A DNA stretch of 64,000 nucleotides, taken from positions 1,760,001 through 1,824,000 of the forward strand of contig CAXXGO010000006.1 of the NCBI GenBank assembly GCA_963666835.2. Direction: 5' to 3'. The translations under genes were made by a program, and so were the position numbers. Shown here piece by piece: positions 1-9,761 of the stretch; position 1 is the first letter of the stretch, and each line of letters opens with the position of its first letter. Origin of the DNA: Phycisphaerae bacterium (GTDB lineage Bacteria > Planctomycetota > Phycisphaerae > UBA1845). Below the pieces are notes generated by a model. That model was not told where the DNA came from. It did not search any database and was given only the letters and a program-made list of their open reading frames with translations.

Positions 1-26
1 CACGCTTGCGTGACCATGGGGCGTTT

Positions 27-671
27 CTATGGTGGCACCGGGTCTGCGCGGCGTTCCCACGTCTGCCGCCAGGGTGGCATTTGGTCGATCGTGATACCGT
101 CCCACAAGCCTCGTCCGGTACGCCGGGCTTGCTTTTCGAGGTCCTTGAATTGTCGGTAGTAGTGATGTTTGAACCGATAGTCCGCGTAAGCGTACCCTTC
201 CTCCAGCAGAACCTCATTGAACATCCGTCCGCCGGGCTCGAGATGAACGTACGCAAGCAGCCGCCCGTACTTGCCGCGGGTTCGCTGGGGCGAAAGGACG
301 ACGCGTACGTTTCGACCGTCCAGCGATTCGTCCGCAAACGCTGACGCCTTTGCCCCAAAGTGCATAGCAGGGTGGGGGCCCTTACCGGTCTCCGGAGCGT
401 CGACCCCCCAAAGCCGGATTCGCGTTACGGACTGGTCACCGTCAGGGGCGGCGATGTCGAAAGTGTCACCGTCCACTACGCGCGTTACGCGGAAGACGCG
501 GTCATGATAGCGAGAATGGTCGTTGCCGCGCGGCAGGGCGGGTGCGGAGCGATCCCAGAATATCGCCGCCAACCCAACAATGGCAAGGCCGATGATCGCC
601 GCGTGACGAAGGGGACGACGTGTAAATGTGATGGAATCCGGAAGCCGTCTTCGTCGTCGCGGGCGGAGCAT
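27..671 (-). CDS. Thermonuclease (SNase-like) with N-terminal membrane anchor
   Basis: VTRVVDGDT, IRLWGVDAPE, KYGRLLAYV and ARRTGRGLW motifs; ATG at 671 overlaps the lysC stop (TGATG). Confidence 0.9.
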   Translation of the reverse strand: MLRPRRRRRLPDSITFTRRPLRHAAIIGLAIVGLAAIFWDRSAPALPRGNDHSRYHDRVFRVTRVVDGDTFDIAAPDGDQSVTRIRLWGVDAPETGKGPHPAMHFGAKASAFADESLDGRNVRVVLSPQRTRGKYGRLLAYVHLEPGGRMFNEVLLEEGYAYADYRFKHHYYRQFKDLEKQARRTGRGLWDGITIDQMPPWRQTWERRADPVPP

Positions 672-1903
672 CAGTCGTCGGATCCGCGGGCACCCAGGCC
701 AAAGGCATCGTGAACGCATCGCAGAGCGGCGGGGCCGTGCTGGCGATCCACGATGCAACTGGTGACGATTTCGCTTGTAGAGACATTCATGATGCTGATT
801 CCCGCGGCGGCCAGAGTCTCGAACATGGTCGAGGCGATTCCGGCGTGCGTGCGCATCCCTACTCCGATCACACTGACCTTGGAAACCCCCTCATCAACTT
901 CGACGCTATCGAGACCGAGTTCGACCGCGAGGCGTTCGCAGATAGCGCGTGCCGCATTCACGTCACTAGAGTTCGTAGAGAACCCCAGGCTGGCGCGTTT
1001 CCCGCCTCCGTAGACGTTCTGGACGATGTCGTCTACAAGAATGTGCTGGTCGGCCACCTCGGTGAAGAGCCTTGCCGCTACCCGCGGCGAGTTCGGTATT
1101 GCATTGAGCGAAAAGAACGCGAGGTCCTCCCGGAGCGTTACCCCCTGGACCGCAATAGCCTCCATTCCCGAAGTCTCGGCCATGATTAAGGTCCCCTTGG
1201 CATCGGTGAGTGAACTGCGCACATGGATCGGCACGTTGAACTTCTTGCCGAACGCGATGGCACGCGAGTGGACGACGCTGGCCCCGCTGGCCGCCATCTC
1301 CAACATGACTTCGTAGCTGATCTCGTCAATCTTGCACGCTTGCGGCACTACTCGCGGATCGGCCGCGTACACTCCGTCCACATCCGTATAGATCTCACAC
1401 ACTTCCGCACCCAGGACCGCTGCCAATGCGGTTGCCGTCGTATCCGAGGCTCCCCGGCCCAGAGTTGTTATCTCGCCGCTGGGATCGATGCCCTGGAAGC
1501 CGGCCACTATTACGATTTTCCCCGATTCCAGTTCGCGATCGATTCGGTCGCGGCTGATTCGCTGAATGCGGGCTCGGGTGTGGGTGCTGTCCGTTACCAG
1601 GCCGAGCTGTGCTGCCGTCAGGCTGATCGCGTGATGCCCCGTTGCGTGGATCGCCATGGCCATAAGAGCGATCGAAACCTGCTCTCCGGTCGTCAGCAGC
1701 ATATCCAGTTCGCGCTTCGGCGGGTCGGCACACACTCCCCGGGCAAGACCGACCAGCTCATCGGTCGCCTTCCCCATTGCCGAGACGACGAGGACCACGC
1801 GATGTCCCTCCAGCTTGGCGCGGATCGCGCGGCGCGCGGCGCGGTGGATCTTCTCTACGGTCCCCAAGCTGGTGCCGCCGAATTTCTGGATTACCAGGGA
1901 CAT
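671..1903 (-). CDS. lysC: Aspartate kinase
   Basis: MSLVIQKFGGTS, VVSAMG, TLGRGASDTTA, IYTDVDGVY, C-terminal ACT domains. Confidence 0.95.
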   Translation of the reverse strand: MSLVIQKFGGTSLGTVEKIHRAARRAIRAKLEGHRVVLVVSAMGKATDELVGLARGVCADPPKRELDMLLTTGEQVSIALMAMAIHATGHHAISLTAAQLGLVTDSTHTRARIQRISRDRIDRELESGKIVIVAGFQGIDPSGEITTLGRGASDTTATALAAVLGAEVCEIYTDVDGVYAADPRVVPQACKIDEISYEVMLEMAASGASVVHSRAIAFGKKFNVPIHVRSSLTDAKGTLIMAETSGMEAIAVQGVTLREDLAFFSLNAIPNSPRVAARLFTEVADQHILVDDIVQNVYGGGKRASLGFSTNSSDVNAARAICERLAVELGLDSVEVDEGVSKVSVIGVGMRTHAGIASTMFETLAAAGISIMNVSTSEIVTSCIVDRQHGPAALRCVHDAFGLGARGSDD

Positions 1904-1989
1904 GCCGGCAATGGTAGCGTGCTCGCGCACGGTTGGCGACAGAGTTACTACGGCCGATACGCCGCGAGAAGGTCAATTGGTTGGAATGG

Positions 1990-2619
1990 TCAAACAGGAG
2001 CAGACGGAATCTTCGTGGGGGCCGATTCCGCCTGTTGCGGCGCCGTCAAACGGGATGCTGCATGCCCTGCGGATAGCCGCATGAGGATCGGCCGGGTAAC
2101 ACCGGCGCGAGCCTGCTCCCGGCGGATCTGGCCAAAGAGCTTATCCAGCGGAAGCTCCCAGCGCCGCACGTCACCGGCATGCCCCGGTCGGGGCTCGTCG
2201 TGGAAGCGAATCTCGTCGTAGGCGCTGGTGGCCGCCAGCTCGATGTTCGTATCACCGGCGACATCGTCGCGATAGGCATGTCCCACCAGTCGCCAACCGG
2301 GGACCACGCGTCGGAGCATCTCCATCTGATGCAACACGACGACGTGCAGCAGAGCGTGGGGAGTCGGAGCGATGTGAACCGTAACCGATTCGTCCGCCCA
2401 CCGTTGCATCGCCCTCGTCCAGAAGGCGTCATCCAGCCAGGAAACGGTTTCGCCGTCCACGTCCGTCGCTTCGACCGTTAGTTCGATCGGGCCGGGGACG
2501 ATCCTCTCGCCCAATTTCCCCCGGCTGTCGAGCCCTACATGCACGCGGTTCGGTTCGACGGGCGGTCGGCGCAACCCTTGGGTAGCTCGACGGGCGGCTG
2601 CCTGGTCCTTCGTTTCCAT
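1990..2619 (-). CDS. Hypothetical protein
   Basis: Protein-like ORF (METKDQ...) co-oriented with lysC; no motif recognised. Confidence 0.6.
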   Translation of the reverse strand: METKDQAAARRATQGLRRPPVEPNRVHVGLDSRGKLGERIVPGPIELTVEATDVDGETVSWLDDAFWTRAMQRWADESVTVHIAPTPHALLHVVVLHQMEMLRRVVPGWRLVGHAYRDDVAGDTNIELAATSAYDEIRFHDEPRPGHAGDVRRWELPLDKLFGQIRREQARAGVTRPILMRLSAGHAASRLTAPQQAESAPTKIPSAPV

Positions 2620-2937
2620 GATTCCACGACTCCATTCGTTGGTCACGGCTCTTCGCGCTCGTGATCTATTATCGGAGCAATACTCGCGAATACTTGATGC
2701 CAGCACTGAGAAACGCTGCTATGTACTTCGTTAGGACCCCCCGGCAATGGGTGGCTTGAGATGCCGTTGTGCACGTAAGCATATATGATTGCGGAGGTTA
2801 TGGCTCGTCCGGCGATGACGGTGTTTCTGGCCTTTTGGGGTGTAACGCGGTGAACGGTGATTGCCGGACAATCGAAACCCGCGAAAACTGATGTGAACAC
2901 GTTGTTTCGCCGGCCGTGGTTGGGAGGATCGGGCACT

Positions 2938-5076
2938 ATGCCAAGAGGCAAAGTCCAGAGGACGCTCGGACGTTTCGCGTCGCGCCGCTTGGTTGCTCTT
3001 GCGGCAACCTTTGGCGCGGTAATCGCGATCGGGTCGCTGGGTTGTGGTAGTATACTTGTTACCGCCGGGTTTCTCGGGGCGCAGGCCGACGATCTCAGGG
3101 CCGACGCCGGACTCACGCCGCTTACATTCGGAACTGACGGCGCGGCGTCGACGGCCGTCATCCTCAATGGAACCGCCTCCACCGCTCCGGGCAGCATCGT
3201 ATCGTACAAATGGATGATCGACGGCGCGCTCAGCGCCACGGGTTCCCTGGCCACGGTTGACTTACCGCTCGGAGAGCATGTGGTGATCCTCGAGATCATC
3301 GATGATCGCGGTCGGTCTGCCCAGGATACGATTTCGCTTTCGGTTACGGCGGCAACGCCCGAAGAGGTCAGCCTCACGGTCAGTTCGTCGGGTGAGGGAG
3401 AGACCTGGCCTGCGGCGGGGCTTACGACGTACCCGACCAACACGGCCGTCACGCTACGTGCTCTTCCCGGTGAAGGCTCCTGGTTTGCAGGCTGGACCGG
3501 GGATGTCGACACTGCTGAGCCGACGACCACCATTGTCATGGATAAGAACAAGTTGGTACAGGCAGAGTTTCTTCCGTTTGAGGACGGCGGGGTCCGGCGT
3601 CTCAATCTCCCGTGGTCTGTGGATGCCGCGTACCGGGTGTCTCAGGGCAACTTGGGTGATGGGAGTCACGAGGATCGGTTTGCCTGGGATTTCGCGATGC
3701 CGCTCGGGACGCCCATACTGGCCGGCAAAGGCGGACGCGTGGTCAGTACCAGCGATCCGGGTCTCCATTACGTGTTGGGGCTGACTGAGTTTGAAGATCC
3801 GAGCGCGTTTGTAACCGTCGATCATGGGGACGGGTTAATTGGGGTATACGGTTCGATCGACGAAGAGCGGCCGGCCGTTGTCCCGGGGCAATGGGTAGTC
3901 CGCGGGCAGGTGTTGGGCTACTCGGCGGACTCCGGTTTCTCCGGGCGCCCGCACGCCCACTTTGAGGTGACCGATCCGCTTGGCGGCACGATCTCGACCG
4001 GCTTTGAAGAGGTTAATCGTGCTGACAGCATTGCTGTTGAGGGCGACGTGCTCACTTCTCGAAACACCCTGGACGAAGCCCCGACTGAGAATAGCACTGC
4101 TTCGCTACTTGCTCCCGACGCTTTCGCGATCAATGACATTGAGCTGACGGGGGAAATGCCTCCGGCGCTTTTCTTCGAGACCGAGTGCGATTATGAGGTG
4201 GGCGGACGAGTGCTTAACGATAGGCAGCAGGTGTGTGTCGCCCTGGTCGATCCGGACTCCTTTGAGGTGGCGATGTGTGATTTGATCCCGGTTGAAGAGG
4301 ATGGGACGTTCACGATACCGTTCTCTTTCCCGCCGGAGATGGTCGGGCATTACTGGTGGGGGGTCATCAGCGGCGATGATGGCGCCGAGGGGGTCGTGCC
4401 GGTCTACGCTTGGATCTCCGAGCCGCTGGAGACCGCTGCCGATCCGGTCGCCCTGATTGACCCGCCGGATGATCCGAGTATTGACTTCCTCGGAAGCGGC
4501 GTTCTAAGTGGCTCGGGCAGTTTCTCGTCTCTCGGGCGGCCTTTGACATACCAGTGGGCGCAGGTTTCGGGGCCACCGGCCACCATTGCCGACCCGACCG
4601 CGGCTGAAACGGAGTTCACCATTGAGTTGGGTGCCGGAACGTCCCGGGTATCGTTCCAACTGGTGGTCTTCGACGGCGTGCGGTACAGCCTGCCGGATGA
4701 GGTTGACTTCCTTATGCCGGATACGTTTTTCGTCAGCCGGGTCGGGATTGCCGATACCATGTGCCCATCGCCCGATTCCTGTCCGCTGTTTGATCCACCT
4801 CCGGCGTTGGTTTCGTTTTCCACCGGTACGATTGTGGGTTGGCTAGAGTTGGTTGGGGTCGAACTGGGCGACGTTCTTACGTTCACGGTCGCCGATCCTG
4901 ACGGTGAGATAATCGGAACGAGTGAAGTCGCGATAATCACGGAGCCGGAGAGCATCAGTTTCTGGCGCTTGGCTTTGGGCTCGACGGATCTCGAACTGAC
5001 CCCCGGGCCGTGGACCGGCACCTTTGCCCGCAACGGTTTCCCCATCGCGACGGTCGAATTCCGGGCGATGCCTTGA
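2938..5076 (+). CDS. Secreted M23-family peptidase with PKD/Ig-like domains
   Basis: Signal/lipoprotein-like N-terminus; H...FAWDF, VTVDHGDG, SGRPHAHFEV; YKW and YQWAQVSGP PKD-like segments; start uncertain. Confidence 0.75.
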   Translation: MPRGKVQRTLGRFASRRLVALAATFGAVIAIGSLGCGSILVTAGFLGAQADDLRADAGLTPLTFGTDGAASTAVILNGTASTAPGSIVSYKWMIDGALSATGSLATVDLPLGEHVVILEIIDDRGRSAQDTISLSVTAATPEEVSLTVSSSGEGETWPAAGLTTYPTNTAVTLRALPGEGSWFAGWTGDVDTAEPTTTIVMDKNKLVQAEFLPFEDGGVRRLNLPWSVDAAYRVSQGNLGDGSHEDRFAWDFAMPLGTPILAGKGGRVVSTSDPGLHYVLGLTEFEDPSAFVTVDHGDGLIGVYGSIDEERPAVVPGQWVVRGQVLGYSADSGFSGRPHAHFEVTDPLGGTISTGFEEVNRADSIAVEGDVLTSRNTLDEAPTENSTASLLAPDAFAINDIELTGEMPPALFFETECDYEVGGRVLNDRQQVCVALVDPDSFEVAMCDLIPVEEDGTFTIPFSFPPEMVGHYWWGVISGDDGAEGVVPVYAWISEPLETAADPVALIDPPDDPSIDFLGSGVLSGSGSFSSLGRPLTYQWAQVSGPPATIADPTAAETEFTIELGAGTSRVSFQLVVFDGVRYSLPDEVDFLMPDTFFVSRVGIADTMCPSPDSCPLFDPPPALVSFSTGTIVGWLELVGVELGDVLTFTVADPDGEIIGTSEVAIITEPESISFWRLALGSTDLELTPGPWTGTFARNGFPIATVEFRAMP

Positions 5077-5327
5077 CGCCGTCGTGTGAGGGTGCCCCGT
5101 CCTTTGCCCTGTGTTATACGGCAGTAGAGAGAAAGCCGCGTAGAGGGGTGGAGGCAGCGTACACGCATCATGTCCCAGGCAAAGGGTGGGGAATCGATTG
5201 CTGAATGCGAATCCCCCTCGGATTACCGTCCGTCCCCCACCCATCCCGGCGGTGAGTCGGCACGGCTGTTCCAGCCCGGCAAACGCCGGGATGGCGGACT
5301 CGACTCCGCCGTGCGAGAAAGCCCAAC

Positions 5328-6521
5328 TCAGGTAGGATCGTTTTCCGCTCCTTTCCGGGATTGTCTTGGGACGGGTTCGACAGCCCGACCATTAGGCGGT
5401 CTGAGAGGAACCGCGGTCCATTCAAGAGCACAGTCTAAATACTCCGTGAACCCGGCATCGAGCGCGAGTTTGGCATCAGGGGTGAAGAGTACGTCCAGGG
5501 AGTGTATCGGCTTGATGCTCACAATCTCGGGATCGAAGACGGGAAGTACGGTCGGTTTGTCAGTTGGGAACACCAGCGGCACGCGTATGTGCTGATACTC
5601 TCCAGCACTCGTGGCTTTCATGTGAATATGTCCGGCAAGTGGGATCGGGAGCGATTCGCAGGAGACGAACACGGCGGAGAGGTACGTTCCGGGCTTACCG
5701 ACTGCCCGAATTTCTACAAGATCACGCACGTGCGCCATGAGTTGTGGAGTCTTAACGGGTTTTGCGAACTCCTCGACCGTTCCCGGTTCAATCAACAGCC
5801 GGACCGAGCGTGCGAAGGCCAGCTCCGGCGGCGGCAGATCTGAGCCGCATATGCGGATACCCGTTCCAGAACGCCCCGGCTTGTCGGTCGCAACGCAGGT
5901 GCCCGAGACCGCTACCTCGTGCGAGCCGATACCCAACGCCCCGACTCGGATACGAAAACGCTGCGTCCAGAGGTCGGCCGGATCGTCGAAGCTCTCCACG
6001 GTGAAGGAAGTGGGCTCGCCGTCTACCTCCACGCTCCAGTTCTTCACGGTGGGTGCAAACTGTGTGAACCGAAACCAACCGGTGCTCTCAACCGACATGC
6101 GGAGGCAGACGGACTCGCCGTCCGGGTGAGGGCTCGTGACTTCGAGCGGCGAGAGTAATACTTGCTGGCTGAGGAACGCGGCGGCCTCGGCCTGTGATAG
6201 TTTGCCCTCGCAGAACCTGGTCCGCCAAAGATGCTGCGGAGCCCAATCGACGCCCAGCCGGTCGAGAGCGAGGACCCAATCCGTCGGCAGCATGGCCTTG
6301 AAGTCGATCTCTCGGACGTAGTAGTACGACCCGACTATGATGAACAGGAAGGCTGCCAGCCGGGCGACCGTTCGGATGCGTCGCCGCCGTTGCGTCCTCC
6401 CCGGGGCAACGTCAAGTCCCTCCGATGGCACCTGACCTCCGCACTCTGGACAGATGCCGGGATCGACGGCGTATCCGCAGTGGGGGCAGTATCCCGTGGG
6501 CTTGTAGGGTGTGTTGACCAC
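5328..6521 (-). CDS. Hypothetical membrane protein with N-terminal Zn ribbon
   Basis: CPHCGY...CPECG followed by a basic stretch and one TM helix. Confidence 0.7.
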   Translation of the reverse strand: MVNTPYKPTGYCPHCGYAVDPGICPECGGQVPSEGLDVAPGRTQRRRRIRTVARLAAFLFIIVGSYYYVREIDFKAMLPTDWVLALDRLGVDWAPQHLWRTRFCEGKLSQAEAAAFLSQQVLLSPLEVTSPHPDGESVCLRMSVESTGWFRFTQFAPTVKNWSVEVDGEPTSFTVESFDDPADLWTQRFRIRVGALGIGSHEVAVSGTCVATDKPGRSGTGIRICGSDLPPPELAFARSVRLLIEPGTVEEFAKPVKTPQLMAHVRDLVEIRAVGKPGTYLSAVFVSCESLPIPLAGHIHMKATSAGEYQHIRVPLVFPTDKPTVLPVFDPEIVSIKPIHSLDVLFTPDAKLALDAGFTEYLDCALEWTAVPLRPPNGRAVEPVPRQSRKGAENDPT

Positions 6522-6750
6522 GGAGTCATCTTACCGCCGCTGCGGTGGGCTTGGAACATCTGTGCGGCGACATGCACGTAAGAGACGTGACTGGATGTGC
6601 CCTGTTCGCCATAGTCAAGAGCCCGAGCCGGTTTCGTTCGGGTTGTTCCTCTCGGATGCGCTCCTGATATGAGCTGGTGACTGCCGAGCCTAGCTCACCT
6701 GGCGAGGGACGCTCAACGACTTCAGCGTCGCGGGATAACTTCCCCAGCGC

Positions 6751-6789
6751 AACGCTGCCTCCCCCTTCGATGAAGGAGGAGGCAGCGTT
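6751..6789. terminator. Strong hairpin downstream of the TPR gene, possible terminator
   Basis: AACGCTGCCTCC...GGAGGCAGCGTT inverted repeat; no clear U-tract on the minus strand. Confidence 0.45.
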
Positions 6790-6813
6790 TGATCTCATCC
6801 GGGTAGGATTGGG

Positions 6814-9444
6814 TTACTTGGCGCCGGTTTCTCCGCGTTCTTCCGGGGAGACGTAGTGAATGACGGCCTGAGTTCGCCAAGCCTGCCCGTCAAACGTGGT
6901 GCGGCTTGCCGCGGACTTGTAGAAGTCGATCTTGCGCACCACGGGGGCGAGTTTACTGAGAATGCCTGACACTTTCGCTAATATCGGTCGGACGTTGGGG
7001 TCCGGCACGAAAGCTCCCATCATTCCCAGCATGGTAGCCCCGACTCCGATTCCCTCCGTCAGCTCCTTGCCCATATTACGTTGGTCCGTCAGAGAGACTC
7101 CGGCGAACGGCCCGGTCGGCACGATCAGCTCGCTCATCGCCTGGGCATTGGCCCGGATGTTCGGGTGGTCGCCTTTGGCCGTAGCCAGGCACAAAGCTAT
7201 CGCGTCGGTCGAACTGCTGAAGATCAGGTGTCCGTCGGCGACACCCCAGACAACGGGCTCGGGTGACATGCCGATGTAGAGGTTGTGGAACCCTTCGAGC
7301 TGCTCATGCGTAACCGGCGTTGTACGTACGTTGAGCATGGCCAGCATTGGGTTCTTCCCCGCGGCTTGGGTAAGTTGGGTCGTGAGGAACTCGAGGGCGA
7401 CGGCGATCTTCTCCCGGGCGGCTTGCTCGTCGTTCACCTTCAACATGAACACCGAACCGCCTTTATCCGCCAGGGTAACGTTGACTGAATCGCCCTGAAT
7501 CCACCCGATGATGTCCCTTCGCACATTCACGCCAACCTGTTCCTGAACCCCGGCCCACTTAGCGAGCAGCGTTTCACCCTTCGGCCCACCGTCCCGGATC
7601 ACACCTTCGATGAACTGGTAAAGCCCATCCAGGTCCGGTCCCCCGGCGACTGCGAACGACACGGTTTCCTGGGGTAGGTAACGGTCGAAGTCCGTGAGCT
7701 GCTGGTGTTTGGCCATTACGGGGTAGATGGGCATATCCTTGGCACCGGGAACCAGCATGGTGATGGAGTCGGTCTTTGCAGAGTAACCGTCGGTCGTCTC
7801 CACCATCGCCGAGTAGTCGATAATCCCTACGGTGTCCATAAGGGTGTCCAGGATGTGCGCAATCATGGCAATCTTGCGGTTCTCGCCGTTCTGAGCGAGT
7901 TCGCCCGCCTTCATGCCGGCCTGTTTGACCGCCGCTTGGTACCTAGGATGGTCGTGGAACTTCTTCCAGTCGGGGTCCTTGGAAATGTGCTGCGGGCAGT
8001 AGAAGCCCCCGTCTACCGCCTGCTCCAAGAAGTCCAGGGCTTTGTCGTCGTGTCCGAGCAGGGCGTGGAAACAGGCCAGACTGTAGAGCACCCGGGAATG
8101 ATCGGGCGCGAGAGCATGGGCCTGCTTGGAGAGTTTAAGACCCTGCTCGTAGTCCTTCTCTTCGTAGGCCTGATGAACCTGCAGCAACAAACTGAACGCC
8201 TCACCCTTCTTGGGACCGTTGATGATCACGTCCTCAGCGTGACTGCTCATGGCCAACTCGGCAGCTCGAGCCACAATCGCTTTGAACTTGGGATTGTCGT
8301 GAAGGCTCTGCAGGTCTCCGTCGGCGGCGATCTTGTTGGGCGCGTAGAACCCACCCTCAACTGCCTTCTTCAGCCAGCCGAGTGCTTCATCCTTATGGCC
8401 CAGCCGGGCGTTGAAACACGCCAGGTTGTACAGAACGATCGAGTCGTTCGGGGCGATCTCAAAGGCCTGCTCGGTCAGATCCAGGGCCTGCTGGATGTCA
8501 CCGCGGCCGTACGCCGCCATAGCTTTTCCGTTTAGCGCGTTTGCCTCAGAGCTGCCACCCGTGTTCTGGTAGGCATCCTCCGGGCCTTGCGCCATGCCCA
8601 GGAACATGTCGATGAACGTGCGGAACGGGTTCAGGAGCCTCTGAACGTCAATGAAGAACATGCTGTCTTCAGCGGGTGGGAGCTTGGCAAACGCCGACTT
8701 GAAACGCGGGGTATTCGCCAACGCGGTTTTCTTGCTGCTTCCATTCATGAGCCCCAGGACGTCTTCGAAAAGCTGCTCGCGCAGGGCGATGATTACCACG
8801 TCGTCATGCAGGGCAACGGAAAGATACAGGGGCGGAGCACCCGGGGCCATCCCCAGCATGTTCACGCTTGCTATCTTCACACCCACCTTCGTGGCCTGTT
8901 TCACTACCAGGACCTCGCCACCCGCGGCCGTGTTTATCTCGGCAACCAGTCCCTCGAGGATGTTCGTCAAACCGGTGTAGTTCTGCGCGGCTCCCTCGGC
9001 GCTGCCGCGAAACAGCAGCACCATATCGGGCATGACTATGGGGGGTTCCTGCTTGGAGATTTTCGTCGGAGGGGTCATCCGCTCCGTGAAGGCGGTCTCC
9101 CGTCCGCCGAGTTTCTTCCAGTCTACGCCGGCTACCAGTTCGGACACACGATTCTTGATCCGCTCCGCCTCGGCCACTTGCTCCGAGCCGAGCACGGATC
9201 CGACTAATCCCATTACATCCTCTGTGATGCCGGCTTCAGACAGGGCGTCAAAGACGTCTTGCCAGTACCGATCCAGAAACTCCCGCTCGGTGTTTGGGCG
9301 GGCGTTGTGGAAGAGATAGACGTCATCGGGTACGAACCGGGCGAGCGTGAACCCGTCGTCGGTTGCGGGTGACGCTACTACCAGCGCCGAACCGGCCAAC
9401 GCCAAGCCCAACGAGATGCTCAAGTAGAATGTGGCTGCTCTCAT
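6814..9444 (-). CDS. Secreted protein with duplicated TPR modules (DUF3352-like scaffold)
   Basis: Signal peptide; two LYxLACFxAxLGHxDxALxxLxxAVxGGF repeats; AGGAG RBS. Confidence 0.75.
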   Translation of the reverse strand: MRAATFYLSISLGLALAGSALVVASPATDDGFTLARFVPDDVYLFHNARPNTEREFLDRYWQDVFDALSEAGITEDVMGLVGSVLGSEQVAEAERIKNRVSELVAGVDWKKLGGRETAFTERMTPPTKISKQEPPIVMPDMVLLFRGSAEGAAQNYTGLTNILEGLVAEINTAAGGEVLVVKQATKVGVKIASVNMLGMAPGAPPLYLSVALHDDVVIIALREQLFEDVLGLMNGSSKKTALANTPRFKSAFAKLPPAEDSMFFIDVQRLLNPFRTFIDMFLGMAQGPEDAYQNTGGSSEANALNGKAMAAYGRGDIQQALDLTEQAFEIAPNDSIVLYNLACFNARLGHKDEALGWLKKAVEGGFYAPNKIAADGDLQSLHDNPKFKAIVARAAELAMSSHAEDVIINGPKKGEAFSLLLQVHQAYEEKDYEQGLKLSKQAHALAPDHSRVLYSLACFHALLGHDDKALDFLEQAVDGGFYCPQHISKDPDWKKFHDHPRYQAAVKQAGMKAGELAQNGENRKIAMIAHILDTLMDTVGIIDYSAMVETTDGYSAKTDSITMLVPGAKDMPIYPVMAKHQQLTDFDRYLPQETVSFAVAGGPDLDGLYQFIEGVIRDGGPKGETLLAKWAGVQEQVGVNVRRDIIGWIQGDSVNVTLADKGGSVFMLKVNDEQAAREKIAVALEFLTTQLTQAAGKNPMLAMLNVRTTPVTHEQLEGFHNLYIGMSPEPVVWGVADGHLIFSSSTDAIALCLATAKGDHPNIRANAQAMSELIVPTGPFAGVSLTDQRNMGKELTEGIGVGATMLGMMGAFVPDPNVRPILAKVSGILSKLAPVVRKIDFYKSAASRTTFDGQAWRTQAVIHYVSPEERGETGAK

Positions 9445-9761
9445 GATTACAACTCCTTACCTCAGTGTGTCCCTGGCGAACCGTCGGGCCTGATTCCGCC
9501 GACAATCCGCTGCCGCCCCTTCGCTGCCGGTTTCTGGCCGGCAATGCCGAAGCGACTGTCCCCGCAGTACGGCGTGGCTCCACGCGACGCCTCTATAGGG
9601 CTAAGCGACGGCCCCGCACGGCGCGCCTCACAGGAACGCAGGATTCGGCACATCGGCAACCCAAGGGCGACGCCGGATTCGGTGGGTTAAGTGCATCCAC
9701 AGTGAAACTCTGCCGAGTGCCACCGTAAGATAGTCGACGGGAAAGGTCCGAAGAAGATCGG

